Part shown: piece by piece, positions 50,556 to 62,500 of the stretch | Layout of the letters: each line of letters begins with the position of its first letter | Position numbering within the stretch: the stretch's first letter is position 1 | Virus record (IMG/VR): IMGVR_UViG_3300043021_000113 | Length of the DNA: 64,000 nucleotides | Source: a virus | Lineage: Duplodnaviria > Caudoviricetes | Strand: one strand, 5' to 3' | The notes under the pieces: model-generated | Databases searched by the model: none | What the model saw: the letters and a program-made list of their open reading frames with translations, nothing else | Told to the model about the DNA's origin: nothing | Position numbers and translations under genes: made by a program

Positions 50556-52990
50556 ACAAAGAAGAAATAATAAGGCAAATTGATTCAGCAATTAGTCAGT
50601 TAGTTTATTCTAAACGTTCAATTATAAAAGCGTATAATTATTACAATTGTAAGAGAGATCCAGAACAGTTCAGACATCTTGAAGAGAATTACGGCTTAGG
50701 AACTCCAACACAAATTGAATTTATACCTTTAGTTAGAAAGCACATTGACGCATTAGTTGGCGAGTATACGAGTATACCTACAAAACCCAAGATTTCATGT
50801 AAGGACGAATCGACGTTATCTTGCATGATGCGTGATAAACAACTAGCAATAAATGCTGGGATATTTAAAAACTTAAAAAGCAAATTGAATAATTCAATTT
50901 TGCAGATATTCCAACAACAAGAACAACAACAGCAATCAGCAGCAGATCCGTTAATTGAAAAAGAGCTTTCAACTTTAGCCAGTGATATTGAAAAAGATTT
51001 CATAAGTGAATATGAAATAGCAGCGCAGAATATAATTAAAAATATTATGCAATCAAGAGCAATTGACTTTGAAACTAAAAAACAAATTTTAGCAAAGGAT
51101 TTGTTTATTACTGGCACGGCTTATTATAAAACACATAAAACAGTTAATAATAAAGCTTTTGATTTTGAAGTATTAAATCCTATTCATACGTTCATAGATA
51201 GAAACCCAAATAGTGTTTATTTAAAAAATTCTTACAGATCAGTTATAAGACGTTATATGAATAAACATGAAGTGTTAAATAAATATGGACACTTAATGTC
51301 TGACGAAAACATAGCTGAAGTTAAAAAACTTGATATTGGAACATCAAGAAATAATAATATTTATTATGTACGTAGTAACGAACTATTTGGTGATCCATTA
51401 GATTTCGCAGGAGTTCTTGGTGGAATGGAAACATTGCCAGGAATGCCAATGGATCGTGACGGTGTAAATAGGCTTAACAATTTACTTGAAGTTTTCGAAG
51501 TTGAGTGGCTCGATCAAGAAAGAGTAAAAGGAGAATTTATAACTTACAGATACGAAGGTATAAGAATAAACGGTAATATATATGTACCTATAGGCAAGGT
51601 TGAAAGTGTTCGTAGTATATCAAATCCAAATGAAACGTGTTTATCTGTTAATGGAATTTTCTTTTCTGACAGAAATTCAGAGCCATTTAGTCTTGTATTA
51701 GCTACAGCATCTTTGCAGGATTGATTGTATTTGTCCTGGGTAAACCCTGAGAATTGCTGGGACGTCCTTTTGGGATTATCAGCAGCCGAGCCCTTAATGG
51801 GAAGGTTCAACGACTATCGAAAGAATAATTAATCAAGTAGAGTAGGGATCAAGCGATCTCGAAGCACAGGGGCCATATAAATTATGGTATGATATAGTCT
51901 GAACTTCGCGGGAAACCGCGAGAGAGGAAGTAGCGAATCCTCGTAACACGAATTGAAATACGATATTTTACACTGGTACAGAGATAACGTCATATCTTCA
52001 AGTGGCGTAAAAGGTGATTGGTTGGATGTTTCAATGCTTCCTGATTTTTTAGGAGCAGACATTGTAGATAGAATCAAAAAATTTTATGCTTATAAAAAGC
52101 AATTAGGCATTGGCATTATTAATACTTCTCAAGAAGGAAGAGTTTTTAATAATAACACAACATTTGCTGGTTATGATGATAGTTTAAGAGCTGATGTTAT
52201 ACAAGCATTTGACATAGCGATTCAATCAATAGAAAACACTTGTTCTGGAATAACAGGAGTTGGTCGTGAAAGATTAGGTGGTATTGAACAACACGACGCC
52301 GTAAGTAATGTTGAGGTTGGAGTTAGAATGTCAGCAATTATTACTAGGCAATATTTCCAAGTTTTGGATACATTAATAAAAGAAATTCTCACTGACTGTT
52401 TAAATATTGCTAAAGTAGTTTATAAAAACGGTTATATAGGTTCTAATATTCTTGGAGATAAAATGCAGCAGATATTTACAGCTCTTCCTGAATATTACAC
52501 ATTAACTGACTTTGACATTCACGTTAACGATTCAACAGAAATAACAAAAGATGTTGAGACAATAAAGGCCTTTACTCAAGAATTAATAAAAGCTGGCATT
52601 ATAGATGCTCAAACAGCGGTTGATTCAATAGACACAAAAAGTCTTACTGAATTAAAAACAGTTGTTCGTTTAGGCTTAAAAGCTCAAGAAGAAAAGAACG
52701 GAGAAGCAGCACAATTTAAGCAACAAGTAATGCAACTTGAGCAACAATTAAAACAAGTTCAACAAGCATTACAACAAGCACAACAGCAATTGCAACAAGC
52801 ACAAAGTCAAGGCGAACAAAGCAAAATGCAGATTGAAAAAGAAAAGAACGAAATTGAATGGTACAAGGCTAAAAACGAAAAGAGTTATAAAGACCAAGAC
52901 ATAGAAGCTAAAAAACAACAGATACAAGCTGAAGTTTTGCAGCTTTACGATGGTAATAATAAAAACGATGAAATAAAAAATATTGTATGA
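50552..52990 (+). CDS. portal protein, spliced: exons 50552-51721 and 51956-52990
   Basis: Follows terL; LVGEY, ITGV.RERLG.IEQ; SLQD|KYD junction; Q-rich C-terminal coil. Confidence 0.88.
51722..51955 (+). mobile_element. ORF-less group I intron (234 nt) in portal
   Basis: P1 CAGGAU/GUCCUG, P10 GUAUUU/AAAUAC; AAUUGCUGG, UCAGCAG, GUUCAACGACUA, GAUAUAGUCU. Confidence 0.92.
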
Positions 52991-55900
52991 TTTCAAAGTT
53001 TCAAATAAGCAAGCATGGTCAGTGTGGTTTAACCATTACTGGCCTTGAACTTGACGATCAATACATTTCTGAGGAGTTTTTACTCTTAAGCAAGTATAAT
53101 TATAAGTTTAGTGAAACTGTGACATTAAATTTGCTTTTAAAGCTGGATCAATTAGGCAATATTGACAGCAAAAATTCTCAATATGAGATTATAGATCATG
53201 AAGATTTATGTGTTGATGTTTCAATTTTTAATATGCCATTAGATGGTGTTTATAAAATTATTCATTGCATAATTCCAACTACTAAATGGTTAGAAACCAC
53301 AAGTGCTGATCCTTCAGCTGTGCCTAGTAATATAATATATTTTGACGGAAAAAATTTTATATTTGAAAAAAAAATTGTATCTTTGGATAACTTTGCAGAT
53401 CTTGTGGATCTTGAGGACTCAACCATTATTTCGAGTTCTAAGTTAACTTTTAATATGTGCAACATGATTGAATGTTACAATAAAACAAATCAATTTATAT
53501 TTGATGGTTTATTGGGTGGTTGTAGAACTAACGAAATAAAAGGTAAAGAATACAATCGAGACTTAATTTTTATGGGTCTTAATGTAATAAAATATAATTT
53601 AGAACGTGGAGATTATTTCGCAGCGCAAAGGACACTTGATAGATTGATAACTTGTAATTCATTATGTGATCCTAAAATATTAAAATATAATGATTGCGAC
53701 TGTCACTAAAGATTTAATAATAAGCGAGTTTGAGGAATTTTTGGATAGATCAGAAATTGGTTATATGGACGATTATTCAAATATTATTAGAAAGATTCAC
53801 TTTTTGGAAAGCTTAAAAGATCTTAAAAATGCACAACCAATTTTTGAATATTTGAAAAATGAATAAACACAGGCTTGCATGTATTCAGGATCTAGACAAT
53901 TACATCAATAAAAAAGACTTGATAACTAAGCCAGGATATCTTAGCGATCAAGAAATAAGATTGATTAAAGAAATTTTCAACACTGGTTCTGGTGCTGAAA
54001 ATCAAGATCCAAAAGTAATTTCTGAAATTACATATAATGAGCTTTGCAATTTAATTGCATTTAAAATGCTTGTTCCAGCTAAAAGATACAAAATTTGTGA
54101 TTTCCAAACAATTTATAACTCAGGATTAAAACATGATGGAAAAATTGATGTTTGGGGTCTTGATGGATCAAAAAATCCAAGTGAAAAAATGCCACTTATA
54201 ATTACAGCCTCAACATATGAAACTATACTTAGAGATGTAATAATTGTTGGACATGAAGATTGGGAAGTTAGATATGATCCAACAAAGGAAGTTTTTTATA
54301 CAACAACCGAAATTGACGAAAACACAGGCGAGAAGAAAGAAGTTCAAATACATTCCAAAGGGAAGATTACTTATTTAAAAGACAATTTCAATAATTCTGC
54401 ATTTTACGATTTTAAAAACATAAAGTTTAGAAGATACAAAGACGAAATAAGCATTAATAGTGATTATCAAGATTTTTACACTTTTTCTGCTATTACTAAT
54501 GGAAAAATACTTGATGCGTCTTTAAATGATTACACAAGAAATAATACTTTAAAAGAAAGTTGTTATAATAACGTTTTTCTTGTTACAGCTAAAAACAATG
54601 TTTTTAATAACACTTTTGGTGCAGGTTGTGAAAATAACACTTTTGCCAAAGGCATTAAAAATTCTGACATTAAATGCGAAAGTGACAACAACACTTTTAA
54701 TTCCCCAATTAACAACTTAAATGGTTACATGCGAAATGTAATAGTTAATAGTGACAATGACATTTTAAAAAGTGATTACTTAAAACAAATTACTTATATA
54801 CAAAAAGACGAAAGCGCGAATTTATCTTCTGAGATTTGTGTTGTTAGTTATTTAGACCCATACTCTTTCGCATGGCAACCAGAAGCATTAGAAACTAAAA
54901 ATTATCTTTGTAGCGTATGATTGACTTTTACAGTAATTCGCTACCAGAACTTGAAGTGGTAAAAGAAAAGCAAGTTAAAAATGAAACGAAGCTTTATATA
55001 TTGAACCATTGTAAAAATAATTTAAAAGTTGATGATGGCAGCGGGAATTTTAAAGTTGAAAATTTGTTTTCTGAATTAAAAACAGAATGTCAAAAAGAAA
55101 TTGCCAGGCAAAATTTAGGAGTAGAATTTCAAGAAGATTTAAAAATAAACTGGGAAAATATAATAGGAGATCCTTTAAACTCTAATTTATGGGAAATTAT
55201 ACATGAAGCTTTAAAATTAAAAGCTGATCTTCAAAGTCCAATTTTAGAAGGATACCCTATGACTCCAGATCCTGACGATTACTGCAATAAAAGTCAGATA
55301 GCAAATGTTAGATGGACAGAAAAAACCGCTGAAAGCATAGCAACAAAAATTACAAAAGAACTTACACCTAAAATTGCTCGTGAAGTAGCAATTGAATTAA
55401 TAAATAATGCTTTTGATAATTACATACCGCCAAGTTCTGGAGGCGGAGAAACTGTACCATCAACACCTGTTGTTAATAATTATGTTTACTTTGGCATTGA
55501 AGACGACATTTCCAAAATGTCAAAAACTACTAATAGCAGTTTTACAATAACTTTAAATAAAGACGAATATTTATTTATTCTTATATATAACAACGACATT
55601 GCCAGTTTTTCAGTTAATGGATTTGTTGGTGGTTTTGAGTTAATAGGCAATGTCATTGTTGATAATAAGCAATATTTCAAATATAAAAGTTTTTATTCAG
55701 GATTAGGTAAAATAACTGTTAGTATTTCATGAATTTTAACAACGGACAAGTTAACTTATGGCGTGGAACATCTACGCCAAACACTCCCTATCATATTTGG
55801 CTTGACACATCAGATAACACTTTAAAAATTTTTAACGGTGATGATGACAGGTGCAAAAAAGAATGGGAAGACAAAACAAAATGGGTTTCCATTTCTTCAA

Positions 55901-56091
55901 GTGGTGAAATTTCAGGAGATGTTGCCGAAGCAATAGAAACACTCCATAAAGTAACCATTAATGGAAAAAACTTATTAGATAATCCGGAGATTCTAGCATC
56001 AGATATTAAAATAGGAGCAAATAATAATGTAACGGTTGCTTCTGCAATTAAGGCATTAGACGCTTCTCTTGAAACGCTTATTTATGATTAA
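52987..56091 (+). CDS. late/structural hypothetical ORFs (52987-53709, 53690-53866, 53859-54920, 54917-55732, 55729-56091)
   Basis: Overlapping co-oriented ORFs; NNTF repeats in 53859-54920; AR.NLG motif in 54917-55732. Confidence 0.7.
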
Positions 56092-56094
56092 GAA

Positions 56095-57207
56095 ATGATA
56101 ACAAACAAGATTATTTATCTAAAGGATGCAAAGAATTTAGATAAACTGCTTGAAGAAATAAAACCAGGATTAAATCCTGTTATATTTATAGAGTCAACCA
56201 AGCAGATTTACACTTGTGGCACATTTTTTAACAGCGGAGATTCAAATGTAAGTATTAATGAAAAGGACGGGAAAGTTTCTTTGACTATTGGGTCAGAGAC
56301 GATCAATTTTTCTACTCAAGGTTCGGGAATTTCAATTTCTAAGTCTGGAAATTCAATTGTTTTCTCATCTTCTGCTTTAACATCTGGTGAAATAAAAACT
56401 GATGATATTTTAGTATGGGATAGAGCAACAAAAAAAATGTCTCATGCTTCTTCTGGAGTAATTGTTGGAAATTATGGCCAGAGTTCAAAAACTGAAAAAG
56501 CACAAACATTCGTTGTTCCTAGAATAACGGTAAATTCAACTGGTCATGTAACCAATGCTGAAAATATAACAGTAAGCATTAGAGATCAAGTAGAACAGAA
56601 AACAAGTAATGAAAACTTAGATAGACCAATTCTTGCTGCTATTAGTGGAAGTCTTGATTCTGAAACTGGAGAAGTTATAAAATCAAGTGGCGTAACTATA
56701 AATACTGCTACTCATGATTTAAAAGTTAAAGGTGGGATATCCGCTGTTAATGGAGGTGTCCGCATTGATTCTGACGGGAACCTTCATATTAAAGGAAATA
56801 TTATTGTTGACGGAGTCCTCCAAGGGAATTCTAGTGGTACAGCAATTCCTAAAGTTCACTTATCAGATAAACCGCAATATGGCGGAGCCTCAACTGAACT
56901 TTACGGACACGTAAGGCTTCAGGATAATTTCGAAAGGAAGAATGGTGTTATTATTGCTCCTAATTCTTCAAGTGATAATAAAGACAATGGAAATGAAGAT
57001 GTAGTGGCAATTGCAGCTTCACCTTTAATGGTGTATAATGCCCTACAAGAAGCCAAAAAATATGTTACAACAAGCAGCGGCGGTGTGATAATTTCTGGTT
57101 ATGACTCACAAGGTGAGAAAAGAGAAAATATAAATAATTTAAACTTAACTCATGACTTCGCAATAGATGAAAGCGGGAACGTTTCTCTTGCGTGGTTTAA
57201 TTTATAA
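56095..57207 (+). CDS. tail fibre/appendage protein
   Basis: G/S/T-rich; YGHVRL.D, AASP..V fibre repeat. Confidence 0.7.
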   Translation: MITNKIIYLKDAKNLDKLLEEIKPGLNPVIFIESTKQIYTCGTFFNSGDSNVSINEKDGKVSLTIGSETINFSTQGSGISISKSGNSIVFSSSALTSGEIKTDDILVWDRATKKMSHASSGVIVGNYGQSSKTEKAQTFVVPRITVNSTGHVTNAENITVSIRDQVEQKTSNENLDRPILAAISGSLDSETGEVIKSSGVTINTATHDLKVKGGISAVNGGVRIDSDGNLHIKGNIIVDGVLQGNSSGTAIPKVHLSDKPQYGGASTELYGHVRLQDNFERKNGVIIAPNSSSDNKDNGNEDVVAIAASPLMVYNALQEAKKYVTTSSGGVIISGYDSQGEKRENINNLNLTHDFAIDESGNVSLAWFNL

Positions 57208-57231
57208 TTTTAAATTTTAATTTTTTTTAAA

Positions 57232-59430
57232 ATGGCATATAATAACCAAAAATTAGTGTACGCTTCATCTTTTGAAAGATTGAAACAAGTACACTCTGAC
57301 TGGAACGCTTCTGGTTCTGGGATTTACAAAGCAGTTGTTTTTACGGCTGATGGTTACATTGTAACACATGGTAAAGCTATAAAAGGTGTTGTAGACTCTG
57401 GTTCTGAACAAGGATTACTTAAAGTCGAAATTACAAATGGCTTGTTAAAAGTAATTCATGGTTCAGATGAAGCAGAAATAATGCTTCCTGTACATGAAGT
57501 GGAAGGAGCAGAAGGGCTAATTGATACAACAATAGATAATGGTGTAGTAACTGTTAGTCTTGCTAAAGTTAACGTTCAAAAAAGCAATGAAACTCCATCA
57601 ACTGGTATTGTTGAGGTTTCTTGTGTAGAAGTAGATTCTCACGGAAGAACAACAAAGGTTATTAATAAATCATTTGAATTTGACAAAGTAAAAATTCAAG
57701 ATACATCAAAAACTGGAAAACTATTAACTGGAAACTCAGGTACTGGTTATGTTGGAACTTCTGATATTTCAATATCTGGTGGTGATTTAACAACTGGTGG
57801 TAAAATTACAGCGTCTACAGCAGTAATTGATGGTATAAATGTTGGTGATACTTTAACTTCTCATTCTACAAGAATAACTGATCTTGAAAGTGCAGATAAG
57901 GAGATAAGAAATAGTATATCTTCAAATACTACACACATAAATTCAGTTGAGAAGAAAATTGATGATCACGCGAAATTAGCTGCTACAGCATCAGTTCTTG
58001 GTAATGTTAAATTATCAGATGCTATCACATCATCGAGTGATTCTGACGCTGGCGTTGCTGCAACTCCTTTTGCTATATCTGCAGCAATAGTAGATGCTAA
58101 GAATTACGCGAAAAGTTTAATGTCTACTAACGATGCTTTAGTATTTGCGGGTACTGTTAGCACGGGATTAACTATTCTTTCTGTTGCTAAAGGAATAGAA
58201 ATTGAAGTTGGCGGATCTCTTGAAAATGTAACAGGTTTAAAAGTTGGTTATACTTTTAAAGTTGCGTCTAATTCTAAACGTAGAAACACGATTAATGGTG
58301 TAGCTGTTGAGCCAGGCGATATGTTGATATGCATTAGTGACACTGGAACACTAAGTCAAAAATTCGCTGTAATTCAAGGAAACTTAGATGGTGCCGTTAT
58401 TTCTTCTGATACGTTCTCAGATGGAACATTAGTTATTACTAGAGGTGGAAAAGAAATTGGAACATTGTCTAATGGAAATTCTGGACAAGTTTTAATGATC
58501 GTTAATGGTAAACCTGGATGGGTAAACCAAGTTGAAGTAGTAGCTGGTGAAAATATCACAGTAACTGACACTAACGGCATATATACAATTTCAACTCCTA
58601 AATATACAGGAGGTGAAGGTATCACAATAAACGATAAACACCAAGTATCAATAAATCAAGCATCAAGTACAGAACACGGAGGAATCAAGCTTGGAGCTAA
58701 AACAGGAACTCCAGTTGAACTTGACAGTTCAGGCCGTGCTTTTGTAAATGTTGATTTATCGAGCGTGTCATTTACTGGTGTTGCTGGTGAAATTGAGATT
58801 AACGGAACTCAAATTGGTCTTGCTGGAAAATCTGTAACTGGAGCTTCTGGTGTTAATGTAAACGAAAACGGAACATTTACTGTTGTTGAATCTATAGAAG
58901 CTGATTCAAAAGGACGTATTAATAAAGTAACTTCAAAATCGGTTACAATTAAAGATACAACTTATGAAATCGCAACAGCAAGTAAAGCTGGTTTAATTAA
59001 AGCTGATGTTAAACAAACAAGGAATAATAATAATAGAGATTATGCGATTTATGTTGACGCTCAAGGCAAAGCTTGGGTTAATGTTCCTTGGACTGATGAG
59101 GACACAACATATACTAGCGGAGAAGGTATCTCTGTTGTTGGTAAAACAATAAATATTACAAGAGCTTTAACTAATGAGTTAGGAGGTATTCTTGTTGCTG
59201 ATGCAAGCGCTGATAAAACAACTCCTGGAACTAATGTAAATTATAATGGCGGAAGTTATGAAATTAAAACAGATTCTAGCGGTTTAGCTTTTGTTGATGT
59301 TCCTTGGATTAACTCTTGGCGTGGTGTAACAGTTGCAGGAACAAGCGTTGGTGATAAAGCATTAAAATTTAGTGGTGCTTTTTCTGGAACAGATGGTAAC
59401 GTAGATTTAGCTTGGTACGAAATATCTTAA
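57232..59430 (+). CDS. tail fibre protein
   Basis: LGNVKLSD..AATP, YT.GEGI, V.VPW repeats. Confidence 0.75.
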   Translation: MAYNNQKLVYASSFERLKQVHSDWNASGSGIYKAVVFTADGYIVTHGKAIKGVVDSGSEQGLLKVEITNGLLKVIHGSDEAEIMLPVHEVEGAEGLIDTTIDNGVVTVSLAKVNVQKSNETPSTGIVEVSCVEVDSHGRTTKVINKSFEFDKVKIQDTSKTGKLLTGNSGTGYVGTSDISISGGDLTTGGKITASTAVIDGINVGDTLTSHSTRITDLESADKEIRNSISSNTTHINSVEKKIDDHAKLAATASVLGNVKLSDAITSSSDSDAGVAATPFAISAAIVDAKNYAKSLMSTNDALVFAGTVSTGLTILSVAKGIEIEVGGSLENVTGLKVGYTFKVASNSKRRNTINGVAVEPGDMLICISDTGTLSQKFAVIQGNLDGAVISSDTFSDGTLVITRGGKEIGTLSNGNSGQVLMIVNGKPGWVNQVEVVAGENITVTDTNGIYTISTPKYTGGEGITINDKHQVSINQASSTEHGGIKLGAKTGTPVELDSSGRAFVNVDLSSVSFTGVAGEIEINGTQIGLAGKSVTGASGVNVNENGTFTVVESIEADSKGRINKVTSKSVTIKDTTYEIATASKAGLIKADVKQTRNNNNRDYAIYVDAQGKAWVNVPWTDEDTTYTSGEGISVVGKTINITRALTNELGGILVADASADKTTPGTNVNYNGGSYEIKTDSSGLAFVDVPWINSWRGVTVAGTSVGDKALKFSGAFSGTDGNVDLAWYEIS

Positions 59431-59543
59431 AAATATTTTCAAGGTTAACAACAACGGTTGTTAGCCTTTTTTTGTTTTTAAAGTTTGAAATTATCAAAAA
59501 ATTTCATTAAATTTGCGAAAGCAAATTTTTTAATAACTATGAG

Positions 59544-62500
59544 ATGGATAGCAAAATAAAATTTATTACAGCAAAAACTAAAGCTGCTTTTGAAAAGAAC
59601 AAAGAAAGTATACCTAAAAAGTCAATTACTTTTATTGAAGACGCTTTAGAAATTTACGCTGACGGAAAATTATACAACACCGTTGAATTACCAAATAATA
59701 CTCCAACGGTGACTTCATCTTCAACTTGGCTTGGATCTATTAATGGCAAAGGCCTTTATGCCAAGATAGGTGAATATTTAAGTAAAACTGGAACAGCTAC
59801 GGCTGCAAATAAATTAGAAATTGCAGATACAGGAAATGCATTAACTCCTGTTTATTTTAAAGATGGAGTACCAGTTGCTGGTAATATGATATCTGATACG
59901 CATTATGTAAGCGATCTTATAGTTGCAGATTCTGCAACTGCACAAACAACACCAACAACTGCAATTGCTAATGAACAAGTAAGATTAAACTTAATTGAAA
60001 ATTCAACTGTTAGAAGTTCAATTAATATTAGAGGTGCTGGTTATACTGGAGTAACTAAAGATAAAGAAGGAAGAATTATTATTACTTCTTCTTCTCCAGT
60101 AACTAGTGTTGCTGGAAAAACTGGAGCTGTAACATTAGATAAAACAAATGTTGGATTATCTAACGTTGACAATTTAAGTGCTGAAGAAATTTTATTAAAA
60201 GATGTTACAACTCAAACGTATTCTGATTCTAACAAAAAGAAAATTGCTAATCTTGAATACGTAAAATCCACTATAAATTCTGCTATTGCTGGAATTTCTG
60301 GTTCAATGTCTTTTAAAGGAACAGTTGGTGCAGGTGGTGATGTTTCAAGTCTTCCATTAAGTAACGTTTCAACAGGTGATGTTTACGTAGTAAAAACTGC
60401 TGGAATATATGCTAACCAAAACTGCGAAGTTGGAGATATTATAATAGCAACAGCAAGTACTCCAACTTGGACAGTTGTTCAAGCTAACATAGATGGAGCA
60501 GTAACTGGACCAACAAGTGCTATAAATGGGAATATTCCTATATTTAATGGAACAACTGGAAAAATAATTAAAGATTCTGGTTTTTCAATCGCTAAATCTG
60601 TTCCTAGTGATGCAATATTTAAATATACAGCAGGAGCTGGATTAAAAATTAGCGATTCAACAATTAGTGCTAATTTAAAAGATGAAACACAAGCAACAGT
60701 TGTTGCTAGTTATATAAAAGGAACAGATGCTAACAGACTTTATGCTGTACAAAGAGACAGTAACGGAAATTTAGCAGTTAATGTTCCTTGGTTAAGTACA
60801 AGCGTTGATCTCTCCAATTATCTTCCATTGTCAGGTGGAACAATGACAGGTGCGATAACTACATTCGCAGGTGCAACTGATAAACCGAATATTATTTCTA
60901 ACAATGGTAATTTTTACCTCAAATCTTCGGCTGCTGTTGGGTTAATTCCTAATAATGATTTATCAAAAGCTGTAGTAGTAGAAGGTGGCACAGTTAGAGC
61001 GTTAACTAGCGGAGCAAGTAAAATAGACATTGGAACAAGTAGTACTAAATTCAAGGATGCTTATTTCAGCGGAATAGTTTATGCTAACTCCTTCAGCGAA
61101 AACGGCACTGCTCTAAGTTCTAAATACTTGCAATTAATAGGGGGAACATTAAGCGGAGATATACGTTCCAGTAATGACATATTCCGTATTATAGCCAATA
61201 ACAAAACCTCAAATACAAATGCCATCTTAGCTCTTTACACATACGCAAATAATACAGGTGTAGGGCAAGGAATATTCCTTAGAGAATCCAACAAGTGCAT
61301 ACTACCTAATGGAGGATGGGTTAGCAACGCTTGTATTGGCGATGAGAACAACAAATTCAAAGACGCTTATTTCAGCGGAACAGTTAATGCTACGACGTTT
61401 TCAGGTAACGCTATTAGTGCTAGTTTATTAAAAGGACAAGCTGGTTACGATATGGTTGATAATGACAGGCTTGCAACTCAACTCACTGGAGGGCAGTTTA
61501 AATATTATTACGCTGTTCCACAAGCGACAACTGGAATATTTCCTGTAATAAACAATGCAAACGGATTGCTTACGTTAAATACTCACAGTGGAGCTTATCA
61601 TCATCAACTTGGATTCTCTGCTGATGGCAATATATATCAAAGAGCATTCAATGGGGTTACTCTTAATAATACAAGAGCTTGGAAGCAGATAGCATTCACT
61701 GATTCAACCCTTACTGGTAATTTAACTGGAACGTTTAACGGATTGCAATCTTGGAATTTCGAGCGTACTTGGTATCTTGGCGGTTCAACTGATAGTAAAC
61801 CATTTGCTGTAATACTAGCTAAAGCCGTTGATGGAACAACTGCTGCAACTGGTTCTTTCTTTGCTGGAAGAGTTATAGTAAGGCGTGGCTCTTCTGGAGC
61901 TTGGCACGGACAAGGAGTAACTCATGTTAATTGTGGCGGTAATTATACGAGCAACATTGGCTCTTTCTATCAAGAAGAAGTAGGCGCTGGAGCTTGTACT
62001 GGAACTAAATTGTGTCTTATAACATACAATAGCGTTCAATATATATGCTTATACTTTGCTTCAACTAGCCAGAGATTTGTTACCGTAATTGGGAATAGTA
62101 CAACTAACCAAGGCAACATATCCTCAACGTTTGAACCTATACTTGTAAAAGATGTTAGCAGTTACACTTTAACTGATTTAACAACTTCTACGATATTAAA
62201 AACCAATGTTACTGGCAACGCTGGTACAGCAACCAAACTGCAAAACTCACGTACAATCTGGGGGCAGAGTTTCGACGGTAGCGGTAATGTGGATGGAGTT
62301 TTAAGTATTAATTCTACAAATTTTCCACAAATTATAGTTAAAAATACTAATTCTAGCGGAAACGCTACGGCTAGATTTTTATCTAATAATGGAACTGGCA
62401 AACAATGGATAGCTGGAGCTGATACAGCTGACAATTTCATTATATACAAGGGAACAGGAGCTTATGATATCACAGTAACTAATAGCGGCAATGTTGGCAT

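Noticed and set aside
40735-62449. Minus-strand ORFs inside groEL, terL, portal and fibre genes (e.g. 41615, 48087, 50689, 51544, 51829, 62162)
   Set aside because: Antisense shadows or intron sequence.
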